Positions 63,936 through 64,000 of a stretch of 64,000 nucleotides of DNA are shown one piece after another. The stretch spans positions 117,366,001-117,430,000 of the forward strand of contig NC_043000.1 of assembly GCF_006345805.1 (NCBI RefSeq). The letters are read 5' to 3'. A program made the translations under genes and the position numbers. Within the stretch, counting starts at the first letter, position 1, and each line of letters starts with the position of its first letter. Source of the stretch: Octopus sinensis. Its lineage: Eukaryota. The notes beneath the pieces are model-generated. The model was not told where the DNA came from and made no database searches. It was given only the letters and a program-made list of their open reading frames with translations.

Positions 63936-64000
63936 GTGTATAGATCCAGGTTGGCCCTGATCGAGTATTGTAGCTTTCTAATGAAAAGCATACCGGCCGT

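Overview
AT-rich, repeat-saturated metazoan genomic DNA. The tRNA-derived SINE families, microsatellite load and intron-poor GPCR are consistent with an octopus genome (inference). There is one clear host gene, a rhodopsin-class peptide GPCR coding exon on the minus strand (9216-10361/10418). Most of the rest is mobile DNA. This includes a decayed full-length Tx1-clade LINE (~40744-45906) and two ORF1-only ('half-LINE') relatives (1066-2679, 38960-40727). The ORF1-only element at 38960-40727 and the LINE are stacked at one target site inside an older ORF1 remnant, and their 3' tail is shared with an abundant SINE. Other mobile DNA: a Tigger/pogo transposon with nested CR1 and SINE insertions, a hAT MITE, a mariner remnant, foldback and Helitron-like elements, and more than 25 SINE copies. 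The most striking unannotated signal is about 15 type I hammerhead-ribozyme-like motifs in six sequence families. These include two ~360-403 nt units with more-than-monomer (rolling-circle-like) terminal redundancy that look like non-LTR retrozymes, and one motif with a G3-C8 core swap. A 100-N gap lies at 47318-47417. All structures were read by eye; no database searches or folding programs were run.
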